Assembly (NCBI GenBank): GCA_041666225.1
Contig: JBAYHJ010000002.1
Location: 23,446-87,445, forward strand
DNA length: 64,000 bases
Direction of reading: 5' to 3'
From: Minisyncoccota bacterium
GTDB lineage: Bacteria > Patescibacteriota > Minisyncoccia > Phycocordibacterales > UBA9973
The notes under the pieces: model-generated
What the model was told of the DNA's origin: nothing
Databases searched by the model: none
The model's input: the letters and a program-made list of their open reading frames with translations, nothing else
Position numbers and translations under genes: made by a program
Shown here: positions 55,887-63,759 of the stretch, one piece after another
How the letters are laid out: each line of letters begins with the position of its first letter
Numbering within the stretch: position 1 is the first letter of the stretch

Positions 55887-57608
55887 TCATATAAATAATT
55901 TTGCAATCCTAATCTCTTCAAAAGAGAGATTAGCCCCTTCTTTATCTAGAATAGTTTTAAGAGGGCTTAGTTTACCCTTATCATCCCCTTTCAATTGATT
56001 ATTTGCTTTTCTAACTAATTCTAAATTTTTCTTTGTTGGTTGCTCTATGTGCTTGAGATTGATATTTTTATCTATTTCTTTTAATTCTTCTATATGACTG
56101 ACTATCGTTCCAAATACTAAACCTCTCTCTTTGGCGATAGTCTTAATATTTTTACCGCTATCCAATAATTCTTTTGTAATTTGGATTGAAGGAATTTTTG
56201 TGTCTTTTATCTTTGTTTTAATATTTTTTTTAGTACCAATTTTAATATTACCCCCCATTTTATTAATAAAATCTTCTTCTAGCTTATTTTGCTCAGTATC
56301 ACTTAATTTTTTAAATAATAATTCATTATTAAAACTCTGGTTTTTTAGGTCTTGATCAAACTCTAAAATAGCAGGGTCAACCATAAGTGAGTCATTGTTA
56401 AAACCTACCAAACTAATCCCCTCTAGCGTTCTAACTCGTGATAATGCCACATAACCCATTCCGTACGAAAAAGTCCTCGACAGGTCGATTAGAGCGTTAT
56501 CTAGAGACATTCCTTGGCTCTTGTGGATGGTTATCGCCCATGCAAGACGAAGTGGAATTTGGGAAAGTGAAGCCTTGATTTTACCATCTTCTTCTATTGC
56601 CCATATCTCAGGTTTCAGGTCTATTTTCTTACCATTGTAAAGCTCAACTATTGGGTTGCCATTTTCTTTAATAAAACCAATAACCTTACCGCGTGAACCA
56701 TTTACATACCCTTCTTCAAAATTATTTTTAATACACATCACTTCTGCTCCGATTTTTAATTTTAATTTTTCATGAGCAAGGCAACTTTTTTTTAAAATAT
56801 CAACCAACATCTCTGGACCTTGTGTTGTCATTTGGCATACTCTCTCATCTTCATTGATTAATGAAAGTTCAATATTATTTATATCATCTACGTTTATATT
56901 GTGAGTATAGAGTTTTGTGGCTTTTACTCCGTCTTTCAATTTAGCTCCCACTCTACTTCGTAATAATTCGAAATGTTTTTCCTCAATGGAGTTTGTACGA
57001 ATTGTATTTAAAATCTCAGTTAGATCATTATCATCTTGACGATGCTGTTCTTCCAAATAACAAATAGCAGGATTTAGTATTTGCCAAGAGGTACTATTAA
57101 AAATCATTGGTGAGCCATAAGTCGGACTTAGGGCTGGATCATTTGCCCTAAGTCCGACATAGGGCGCTTTTTCTATTGGTGGTAATTGAAAAAAGTCCCC
57201 GGAAAGGATTACTTGCAATCCCCCGAAGGGTTTATTGTTCCTTTTGAATCTTTGGCAGACTTTTTCGATCATATCGAGTTGTGAAGCGTGAAGCATTGAG
57301 ACTTCATCAATTATCAAAACACGTGCCTTCTCGAATCTTTTCCAAAGATATTTTTTTTCTTCCAATTGCTCTAAACCTTTTTCGTCTAAAAAATTACGAA
57401 TACCGATTCCTGACCAAGAGTGAATTGTCATACCGTTCATGTGAGTTGCGGCAATTCCTGTTGAAGCAGTGACTGCACAAGCGATATCATGCTCGTCTAG
57501 ATATGAAATATATTTGTTTAATAAAAAAGTCTTTCCACTACCAGCACTACCGGTTAGATATATATTTACCCCGGTTTTCATTATTTTCAAAGCCTGTTCT
57601 TGAGTCAT
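55887..57608 (-). CDS. Pif1/RecD-family ATP-dependent DNA helicase with a C-terminal HTH
   Basis: Walker A LTGSAGSGKTF, Walker B LIIDEVSM, QLPPI motif III-like segment and ITIHKSQGMS; the C-terminal GKNIKTIAKERGLVFGTIVSHIEEL is HTH-like. Confidence 0.8.
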   Translation of the reverse strand: MTQEQALKIMKTGVNIYLTGSAGSGKTFLLNKYISYLDEHDIACAVTASTGIAATHMNGMTIHSWSGIGIRNFLDEKGLEQLEEKKYLWKRFEKARVLIIDEVSMLHASQLDMIEKVCQRFKRNNKPFGGLQVILSGDFFQLPPIEKAPYVGLRANDPALSPTYGSPMIFNSTSWQILNPAICYLEEQHRQDDNDLTEILNTIRTNSIEEKHFELLRSRVGAKLKDGVKATKLYTHNINVDDINNIELSLINEDERVCQMTTQGPEMLVDILKKSCLAHEKLKLKIGAEVMCIKNNFEEGYVNGSRGKVIGFIKENGNPIVELYNGKKIDLKPEIWAIEEDGKIKASLSQIPLRLAWAITIHKSQGMSLDNALIDLSRTFSYGMGYVALSRVRTLEGISLVGFNNDSLMVDPAILEFDQDLKNQSFNNELLFKKLSDTEQNKLEEDFINKMGGNIKIGTKKNIKTKIKDTKIPSIQITKELLDSGKNIKTIAKERGLVFGTIVSHIEELKEIDKNINLKHIEQPTKKNLELVRKANNQLKGDDKGKLSPLKTILDKEGANLSFEEIRIAKLFI

Positions 57609-57625
57609 AGAAACTTATTATACCA

Positions 57626-58192
57626 TTAGTATTTTCTAATGACAGCTTTTACAACAGCGATAATATTTAAATATATTTTAGGGTGTATGGGTTTGAAGTC
57701 TTTATTGGCAGGTATGAGCCAAACTTTGTCACCATCTTTTTTAAAATATTTCATTGTAAACTCTCCATCAACATTGGCGATAACTATTTGCCCATCTTTT
57801 GCTTGATTTGTTTTCTCTACTAGTATCATATCTCCATCCGCAATATGAGCATCGATCATAGAGTCACCATCTACAGTGAGCATATATGAGTTCTCTTTTT
57901 TATTAATTAAATATTCATCGATATTTATAGTATCAGTTAATTCTTCTGTTACATCAGCAGGAAAACCGGCTTTCACAGAGCCAAGCATTGGGATAGAAGA
58001 CAATGATATATCAGCAACAAGCCGACCAAGATGATCTTTGGCGACTATTCCTTCTTCTATGAATTTATCAACAAGTCGAGCTACTGCATTTTTGGATTTG
58101 AAACCAAATAAGCTCATCATCTCTCTGTATGTCGGCATGCGATTATCTTTGTTGTAAAATCGAATGAGTTTTTCTTTGTAATTATTATACAT
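57626..58192 (-). CDS. lexA: LexA repressor (S24 peptidase)
   Basis: N-terminal winged HTH, Ala-Gly cleavage site in LGSVKAGFP, and Ser/Lys dyad context VDGDSMIDA ... TMKYFKK; 188 aa. Confidence 0.85.
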   Translation of the reverse strand: MYNNYKEKLIRFYNKDNRMPTYREMMSLFGFKSKNAVARLVDKFIEEGIVAKDHLGRLVADISLSSIPMLGSVKAGFPADVTEELTDTINIDEYLINKKENSYMLTVDGDSMIDAHIADGDMILVEKTNQAKDGQIVIANVDGEFTMKYFKKDGDKVWLIPANKDFKPIHPKIYLNIIAVVKAVIRKY

Positions 58193-58210
58193 ATAACTTA
58201 CTTTATTATA

Positions 58211-58423
58211 TTAGATATTAGAAAATTGTGGAAATCTATTTAGTGAATTAAGAAAGTGTCCCCAGAAACCCTTTCTTTTGTGTTGACGAATTTTATGAAG
58301 AAGTTGTTTGTGCTCACGAGCTTCTTTTGAATAATCAATCCCTTTGATTATTTTGTCATCAATTTTTTTATTGATGTTGTGAATCTCACGTTCTATAATT
58401 TTTAAATATTGTTCTCTACTCAT
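58211..58423 (-). CDS. hypothetical small basic protein (70 aa), first gene of the lexA operon
   Basis: Only 18 nt separate it from lexA on the same strand; a Cheo-type box/promoter lies ~40 nt upstream of its start. Confidence 0.5.
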   Translation of the reverse strand: MSREQYLKIIEREIHNINKKIDDKIIKGIDYSKEAREHKQLLHKIRQHKRKGFWGHFLNSLNRFPQFSNI

Positions 58424-58459
58424 AAATATATATAATTACTATTAATTAACTACATTTAT

Positions 58460-58489
58460 AGTATATGTGAACGCTCGTTCACTGTCAAG
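58460..58489 (-). promoter_or_regulatory. promoter TTGACA-17-TATACT whose spacer is a Cheo-type SOS box GTGAACGAGCGTTCAC (GAAC-N4-GTTC)
   Basis: The minus strand reads TTGACA GTGAACGAGCGTTCACA TATACT. The 16-bp palindrome at 58467-58482 fits the Gram-positive-type LexA operator consensus CGAAC-N4-GTTCG. Confidence 0.6.
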
Positions 58490-58549
58490 AAAATACCTGT
58501 GGATAACCACCACATCCAAAAGAGAAATTAGAGATTTGTTTTCTTTAAT

Positions 58550-59578
58550 TTAATTCTGTACCCAACCTGTAAATTTGAAAGTTTTAATTAGGTTTTCAAG
58601 TCCAACCGTATTTGTTCCACCAAACTCATATCCTACATTACCTTTTTTAAACCAATAAAAAGTAGCTCCGCTGTATGTATAAACTTTAAAAGTAGTCTCT
58701 CCAATTTTTTGGTCTTTTACATATGTATAACTAGAAATAGTAGATTTCTCCCAAAAAGAAGAATCTGTTACATAACCAAGACTTCCGACGGGCATAGAAA
58801 TTCTTATAATCGGTCCAGTTGTTAGTTGTTCTTCTTTCGGAATAAATCCTTTTGGTAATTCAATAGTGAATCCATGATTTTGATAAGTAATTGAATTAGA
58901 ATTTAACTCTGATTGATCAGTGTTATATTTTGTATCCCCTACTGGAATTTGTTTTTCTTTTATTAAATTATTTTCTTCAAAACAAAAAGTGTCCGCGTTA
59001 ACAATTGATTGGTATCTTGAAGTTGTTATTGATTCTGTGCTTCCCGCTGAGTCTACACAAAAATAATCATAACCATAATAACGATCATCTTTTTTAGGTT
59101 TTTTCTTTAACTCTGCAGCTAAAACAAAACTATCATTATCACTAAAGCATTTAGTTTTAACTTCTATTTCATTAATTTTATTTAACAATTCCGCAACAAT
59201 TTTATCTTCGCATGCATTTGAATATGAATTATTAGAATCAAAATTATATTGAATTTGTGCACGCGCATTTGCTAAATTGGCTTTTATCATTCGATTTACT
59301 GATGGATTGAAATCATTTCCATGTGTATACATCCAAACTGCTAAAATCAAAGTTGGCAAACTCAATATTATTAATATCAGAGCAATTGATTTTTGTTTAT
59401 TAATTTTAGTAAATCCTACTATAAGAGATACTATATTTATTATAATAAATAATAATATATAACCACCACCTCCCGTATCATTAGCAATAAAACCACCGGA
59501 GATAAAAGCATTAATATAAACAAAATCTGAAATGATTAAAAAAAATATTAATATACCATAAATTATTTTATTTTTCAT
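58550..59578 (-). CDS. hypothetical membrane protein with an extracytoplasmic C-terminal domain (342 aa)
   Basis: Three N-terminal TM helices with a GGGG segment, then a Cys-containing soluble domain. Promoter GTGACT-17-TATAAT at 59585-59613 with the ATG 6 nt after the -10 (leaderless). Confidence 0.55.
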   Translation of the reverse strand: MKNKIIYGILIFFLIISDFVYINAFISGGFIANDTGGGGYILLFIIINIVSLIVGFTKINKQKSIALILIILSLPTLILAVWMYTHGNDFNPSVNRMIKANLANARAQIQYNFDSNNSYSNACEDKIVAELLNKINEIEVKTKCFSDNDSFVLAAELKKKPKKDDRYYGYDYFCVDSAGSTESITTSRYQSIVNADTFCFEENNLIKEKQIPVGDTKYNTDQSELNSNSITYQNHGFTIELPKGFIPKEEQLTTGPIIRISMPVGSLGYVTDSSFWEKSTISSYTYVKDQKIGETTFKVYTYSGATFYWFKKGNVGYEFGGTNTVGLENLIKTFKFTGWVQN

Positions 59579-59637
59579 AGTTAAATTATATTACGAATAA
59601 AGCTAAAAGTCACCTTAATATATAAGGTGACTCTATT

Positions 59638-59680
59638 GGCTCCGAACTTGGGATGATGTTCGAATGGAAATTATAAAAGG
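59638..59680. repeat. intergenic repeat copy A (GCTCCGAACTT ... GATGTTCGAATGGAAATTATAAAA)
   Basis: Shares >80% identity over its two arms with copies at 60404-60478 and 61268-61300; lies ~50-100 nt upstream of the promoter of the 58550..59578 gene. Confidence 0.6.
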
Positions 59681-59697
59681 ATAATTAATGGATATAT

Positions 59698-59742
59698 AAA
59701 TAGAAACCGCTAGTAGATAGAGTCTCTATCAAACTAGCGGTT
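59698..59742. terminator. intrinsic terminator (minus sense) after the 59747..60199 gene
   Basis: AACCGCTAGT-AGATAGAGTCTCTATCAA-ACTAGCGGTT, with a T-run on the minus strand. Confidence 0.55.
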
Positions 59743-59746
59743 CATT

Positions 59747-60199
59747 TTAATTAGCACAAAATAGTTGTTTCTTGGACTGTAATACAAAGAATATTGAATC
59801 CTCCAGTAAACGCTTGCGGTCAAAATCATTTCTCCATGGTTCGATAAAGAAATTTACATTTTGATGTTCACATATACAGTAAGTTCCCTCTTCCCATACG
59901 GTCACATGAACCCAATGATATGTACCACACACACCACATTTTCTTAAGAAGAAAATATTCTTACTGGCCAATAATTTATCTTCCAGAAAGAACTTATTCT
60001 TTGTCATGAGTTCTTCAAATACATCATAAAAAGAAAGTGATTCAAGGGTTACACCATTAAATAAAGGGAGGTCATCCATGATGTCGCTATACTTAGGAGG
60101 CACGGCCCCTTTAACAAGCTTGTAGCCCTTCACTGCGATAAGAAGTGATGCTTCATGTAATTCAACATGGAAGCCAATTGTTGGTTCTAAATATTTCAT
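59747..60199 (-). CDS. hypothetical Cys-cluster protein (150 aa)
   Basis: Contains CGVCGTYHWVHVTVWEEGTYCICEH (CxxC ... CxC); no recognised family. Confidence 0.5.
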   Translation of the reverse strand: MKYLEPTIGFHVELHEASLLIAVKGYKLVKGAVPPKYSDIMDDLPLFNGVTLESLSFYDVFEELMTKNKFFLEDKLLASKNIFFLRKCGVCGTYHWVHVTVWEEGTYCICEHQNVNFFIEPWRNDFDRKRLLEDSIFFVLQSKKQLFCAN

Positions 60200-60265
60200 A
60201 GTATTAATTTTTAGAGATTTAACATTTTTTTTTCACATTACTTCTAACTATGTGTAAAGTCAATA

Positions 60266-60330
60266 GGTTCGAACTTCTACTAACCCCTGCCAGCCCTCCT
60301 GTAGTCGGGAGCAGGCTGGTTCAAAAAATA
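60266..60330. repeat. partial repeat copy D (GGTTCGAACTTC) fused to a GC-rich stem-loop CCAGCC-CTCC-TGTAGTCG-GGAG-CAGGCTGG
   Basis: CGAACTTC is identical to the core of copy B. The adjacent 44-nt segment is >65% GC in a ~30% GC genome and folds into a nested hairpin. Confidence 0.5.
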
Positions 60331-60403
60331 ACCATTATAAAATATGGCTGAAAATTGCACATTCGGTCTACTGACCTCAGTATCTTCCTCATTCCCATTC
60401 GTC

Positions 60404-60478
60404 GAGCTCCGAACTTCATTTCCCTAAATGACCTACTAATTACTGAAAGGGAGAATGTTCGAATGGAAATAATAAAAA
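60404..60478. repeat. intergenic repeat copy B (the same two arms separated by a ~40-nt insert)
   Basis: GAGCTCCGAACTT (60404-60416) ... GAATGTTCGAATGGAAATAATAAAAAA (60453-60478). Confidence 0.6.
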
Positions 60479-60479
60479 A

Positions 60480-60510
60480 TAGTGGTATGAAATTTAATCC
60501 ATACCACCAT
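60480..60510. terminator. intrinsic terminator (minus sense) after the 60519..61139 gene
   Basis: GTGGTATG-AAATTTAATC-CATACCAC, with a T-run on the minus strand. Confidence 0.5.
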
Positions 60511-60518
60511 TTCGATGA

Positions 60519-61139
60519 TTAAAATTGAAGCACAAAGTCATTTCTTACAAATGTATTCCATGAAGAATACCATCCTATCCTGAGACTTCTGTTTTTTGAT
60601 ACATCAACTGATACACAAGGAAAGTAAATGTCATCATTTATAACAAAAGCACTTCTGAGGGCATATATAACTCCTTGGAAATATTGCAAAAAGAAATCAT
60701 AACCCCTCAAATAAATTGCCCACAATTGAAACATATCTAACTGTCTTTCAATTATTTTTTCTCTTTCAATAAAAGCTAGTAGATTGTGGGGGTTAGAAAG
60801 ATGCCCAAACATGTCCTTTACCTCAATAGTATTTACATCTCTGACATCAAAAATATAACCCCTCTCTAATAGATCAGTGTTATCTTTAAAATAAAAAGAT
60901 CCATCAAGATTTTCATTGTGGGGCAACTTAAATGGAATTGGTCTACGCACTCTTATTTTTGGATCATTAACATTTTCCAAAAAATAAAAAGCGTCCTTTA
61001 GTACTATTTGCAATATGTCAGGATGACAATTCTCCCAATATGTAAGCACTTCTGTGGGTATAACACCACGAGGAAATTGAAGTTGAATCTTTTGTGTTAA
61101 CTCCAATTCCTGATTTGAAATAAAAGTCTTTTTACTCAT
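60519..61139 (-). CDS. hypothetical protein (206 aa)
   Basis: Strong SD (AAAAAAGGAGG on the minus strand) and promoter TTGACA-17-TAATCT at ~61190-61218; no recognisable domain. Confidence 0.55.
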   Translation of the reverse strand: MSKKTFISNQELELTQKIQLQFPRGVIPTEVLTYWENCHPDILQIVLKDAFYFLENVNDPKIRVRRPIPFKLPHNENLDGSFYFKDNTDLLERGYIFDVRDVNTIEVKDMFGHLSNPHNLLAFIEREKIIERQLDMFQLWAIYLRGYDFFLQYFQGVIYALRSAFVINDDIYFPCVSVDVSKNRSLRIGWYSSWNTFVRNDFVLQF

Positions 61140-61267
61140 GGTAAACCTCCTTTTTTAAATTGTTTAGAACTATGTTTATTATCCATTTTAGATTAATCCT
61201 AAATAGATATATTGTCAAACACATAATAATTCTCTATATAAGGTTCACAATATTCACAAAGTTCGCA

Positions 61268-61300
61268 GAGCTCCGAATTTAGGATGATGTTGGAGATTTA
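61268..61300. repeat. intergenic repeat copy C (GAGCTCCGAATTT-AGGATGATGTTGGAGATTTATTGAATAAAG)
   Basis: Left arm identical to copy B (GTTCG-N6-TCCGAA context); right arm diverged. Lies upstream of the promoter of the 60519..61139 gene. Confidence 0.5.
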
Positions 61301-61320
61301 TTGAATAAAGTAGATAAATA

Positions 61321-61361
61321 GAAAAACCCGCCCAAGAAGAACGGATCTTCCTAAACGGGTT
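61321..61361. terminator. intrinsic terminator (minus sense) after the 61368..61799 gene
   Basis: AACCCG-[GAAGAACGGATCTTC inner stem]-CGGGTT, then TTTTC on the minus strand. Confidence 0.55.
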
Positions 61362-61367
61362 AATTGT

Positions 61368-61799
61368 TTAAATCTCTTCTTTACTTATTCTGTTCATTAA
61401 AAAACAGTGACCAATAGCATCTTTTACGGCATCTCCCAAACTGTTACCTTTACCTGCTTTTGAAGAACTCCATCCTGGTATTTCTATCCAGATTTCATAC
61501 CGACCAGAAACATGATCTAAAACATGATCTTTACCTCTGAATAATTTTGTTACTTTAAAGCCAATCCCATCGGCAATGCGACAAAGATCTACAAATTGAT
61601 CAACACCACTAGGATAATCAGATAATTGTTTGCATAATTTTTCACGCATTTCTTTGACGTGAGTTTCCTTAATTTCCAATTTTTCGTCAGCTTCTTTCTT
61701 AATTAAAAGATCAGCTAATTCTTGTCCAGTTGGGATAAATGATCCAGGGTTCATTTCCCTTATAACATCTATCGGCTTTTTGTTTTCAGAATTTTCCAT
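61368..61799 (-). CDS. hypothetical protein (143 aa)
   Basis: No recognisable family; charged N-terminus; C-terminal motif LGDAVKDAIGHCFLMN. Confidence 0.5.
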   Translation of the reverse strand: MENSENKKPIDVIREMNPGSFIPTGQELADLLIKKEADEKLEIKETHVKEMREKLCKQLSDYPSGVDQFVDLCRIADGIGFKVTKLFRGKDHVLDHVSGRYEIWIEIPGWSSSKAGKGNSLGDAVKDAIGHCFLMNRISKEEI

Positions 61800-61837
61800 A
61801 ATTACAAAATGTTAAGTTAGACAATTTTTTAGGAATT

Positions 61838-62116
61838 TTACCAGCCTCCGGTGCCAGTGATGAATTGTTTTACCCTATTCTCAAACCTAGAGGGTATTTT
61901 TTTCTGCTTTTTAAAGAATGAATTTGGATTCTTTCCAATACCAAGTAGAACTTTACCTTTCTCAGTAATGAATCCATCCCAATATCCTTTTTCTTCTAGC
62001 TTACCAACTTGATAGCTGGGAACAAATCCTAGTCCTCCACCACTGTAAAGCTTCTTAAGTATCTTAATCAATCCAGTTGAAATTTTCGGTTTTCTGACAT
62101 TTTTTTTCTTTTTCAT
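61838..62116 (-). CDS. hypothetical Gly/Lys-rich small protein (92 aa)
   Basis: Basic N-terminus with GGGLGF and GTGGW Gly-rich segments; no family assignment. Confidence 0.4.
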   Translation of the reverse strand: MKKKKNVRKPKISTGLIKILKKLYSGGGLGFVPSYQVGKLEEKGYWDGFITEKGKVLLGIGKNPNSFFKKQKKIPSRFENRVKQFITGTGGW

Positions 62117-62235
62117 ATAGATGGTTTTTAATTGGTCCTCATAAAAGACAAAAATTTCTCTTCTCTGAGGGCCAATAAAACGATATGTCGAAAAACTATT
62201 ATTATTTGTACAATAACATATAAATATTAATTTGT

Positions 62236-63126
62236 CTACAGAAAAAATTCTTCGATTTTTTTAGGATGAATATCGGGGAATAGTTCTAAAGCGCGGTTAT
62301 TTGTCACTATCATTTCGTTTTTAAAACTACTTAGCATACATCTACCTACGTTTGTTTGTTCTTTGGAAGTAAAAAGATTTAAAAATAATCCAGCTATTTT
62401 TTCAGGGAGTATCGGTATTCTAAAAATTATCATTTTTTTATTTTTAAACTTAGCATATTTTTTTACAAATTCTAGATAAGACATTGTCTCGCTTCCACCT
62501 ATTTCAATAATTTCATGGCTATCAATTTCAACATCAATAGAGTTTTCTAAATACAAAAGAGCGTCAGTTATTCCGATCGGTTGAGTTTTGGTTTTAGACC
62601 ATTTAGGAAGTGTTATGATTGGAGATTTCTCAACCAAATTTTTTACTATTTCGAAAGAGATACTTCCCTTCCCTATGATCATAGAAGCTCGAAATTCAAT
62701 AACTTCTTTTACATATTTACGTAAAATATTCCCAGTGTTATGCCTACTTAAAAGATGTTTTGAGAGTTTCTCATCATCATTTCCTAGTCCGCTCATATAA
62801 ATAAGCCTTCTAATATTTTTGGATTTTAGTGCACGGCCTGTTGTCTTGGCTGCTCGTGTTTCTTTGTCATAGAAATCATTTTTATCGCTTGCCATCATAT
62901 GAATAAAATAATATGCAATATCAATATCATAAAGAGCATTTTCTATTTCATCATAGTTTAAAACATTAGCTTTTATTATCTTTACGCGGTCTTTATATTT
63001 TTCATCAATATGGATATCATGTGGATTAATCGAAATAGCTGATATTTGGTGGTCAGTATTTAAAAGTAAATACCTCGTTAGATTTATTCCAACAAAACCC
63101 GATGCTCCAATAATAGCTATTTTCAT
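62236..63126 (-). CDS. NAD(P)-binding SDR-family epimerase/dehydratase-like protein (NmrA-like)
   Basis: MKIAIIGASGFVGINLTRYLL Rossmann GxxGxxG; 296 aa. Confidence 0.7.
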   Translation of the reverse strand: MKIAIIGASGFVGINLTRYLLLNTDHQISAISINPHDIHIDEKYKDRVKIIKANVLNYDEIENALYDIDIAYYFIHMMASDKNDFYDKETRAAKTTGRALKSKNIRRLIYMSGLGNDDEKLSKHLLSRHNTGNILRKYVKEVIEFRASMIIGKGSISFEIVKNLVEKSPIITLPKWSKTKTQPIGITDALLYLENSIDVEIDSHEIIEIGGSETMSYLEFVKKYAKFKNKKMIIFRIPILPEKIAGLFLNLFTSKEQTNVGRCMLSSFKNEMIVTNNRALELFPDIHPKKIEEFFL

Positions 63127-63128
63127 AT

Positions 63129-63662
63129 TTATTTAAAAAATATAGAAACTAAATCCCAAGGTAAATTCATAGTGAAAATGACAGTATATAAAACGATGAA
63201 AATTATTGGAATTTTCTTTTCGATAGATGACAATTTACGATATTTTGATGTATCTATTCCTTTCCCTAGTAATTCCCATTCAGTTTTAAAAAGAGATAAT
63301 GGTAATTTTTCTTCAATGGTGTGTATTACTCTAAATTTTGCTCTGTTAATATTTTTGTATGAAATAATTATTTCATACCAACAATAACAAATGGCAATCC
63401 CGACAAATGGGGCAAATAAAAATATTACAGAATTATTGTCAGTTAGATTTTTTGTTTCTAAATAACCAAGGACTCCGATGATAGCTGTATTTAAACCAAG
63501 AAAAAAATCGTTGGATTTATTTCCCCTGTCATTGGTGCTGTTATAAATGTGAAGATACATTCGGTATTGTTCCAAGTAATGATTTTCATAATTTAAATCT
63601 TCCCCATCATTATAATTTTTAACCCTAGAATACAAGAGACTGTCTAATTTATCTTTGTCCAT
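63129..63662 (-). CDS. hypothetical membrane protein (177 aa; soluble N-terminus, TM hairpin, C-terminal TM)
   Basis: Hydrophobic segments FFLGLNTAIIGVLGYL, VIFLFAPFVGIAICYCWYEIIISY and IPIIFIVLYTVIFTM; the overall layout resembles 2TM SLATT-like effectors. This is an impression only. Confidence 0.45.
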   Translation of the reverse strand: MDKDKLDSLLYSRVKNYNDGEDLNYENHYLEQYRMYLHIYNSTNDRGNKSNDFFLGLNTAIIGVLGYLETKNLTDNNSVIFLFAPFVGIAICYCWYEIIISYKNINRAKFRVIHTIEEKLPLSLFKTEWELLGKGIDTSKYRKLSSIEKKIPIIFIVLYTVIFTMNLPWDLVSIFFK

Positions 63663-63759
63663 AGTTTTATGTTTTTAATATTATATCTATATTTTAACAA
63701 ATATTTATTTAAATGTCAGGTACAAGGAAAGACCCAAAGCAATTGGGTGCCAAAATCAT

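Noticed and set aside
59638-61300. Repeat copies as LexA operators or tRNA-derived att sites
   Set aside because: The CGAAC/GTTCG half-sites are separated by 11 to >40 nt rather than a fixed N4, so they are not Cheo boxes. The GTTCGAAT resemblance to a T-loop is too short and lacks acceptor-stem context, and no integrase is present.
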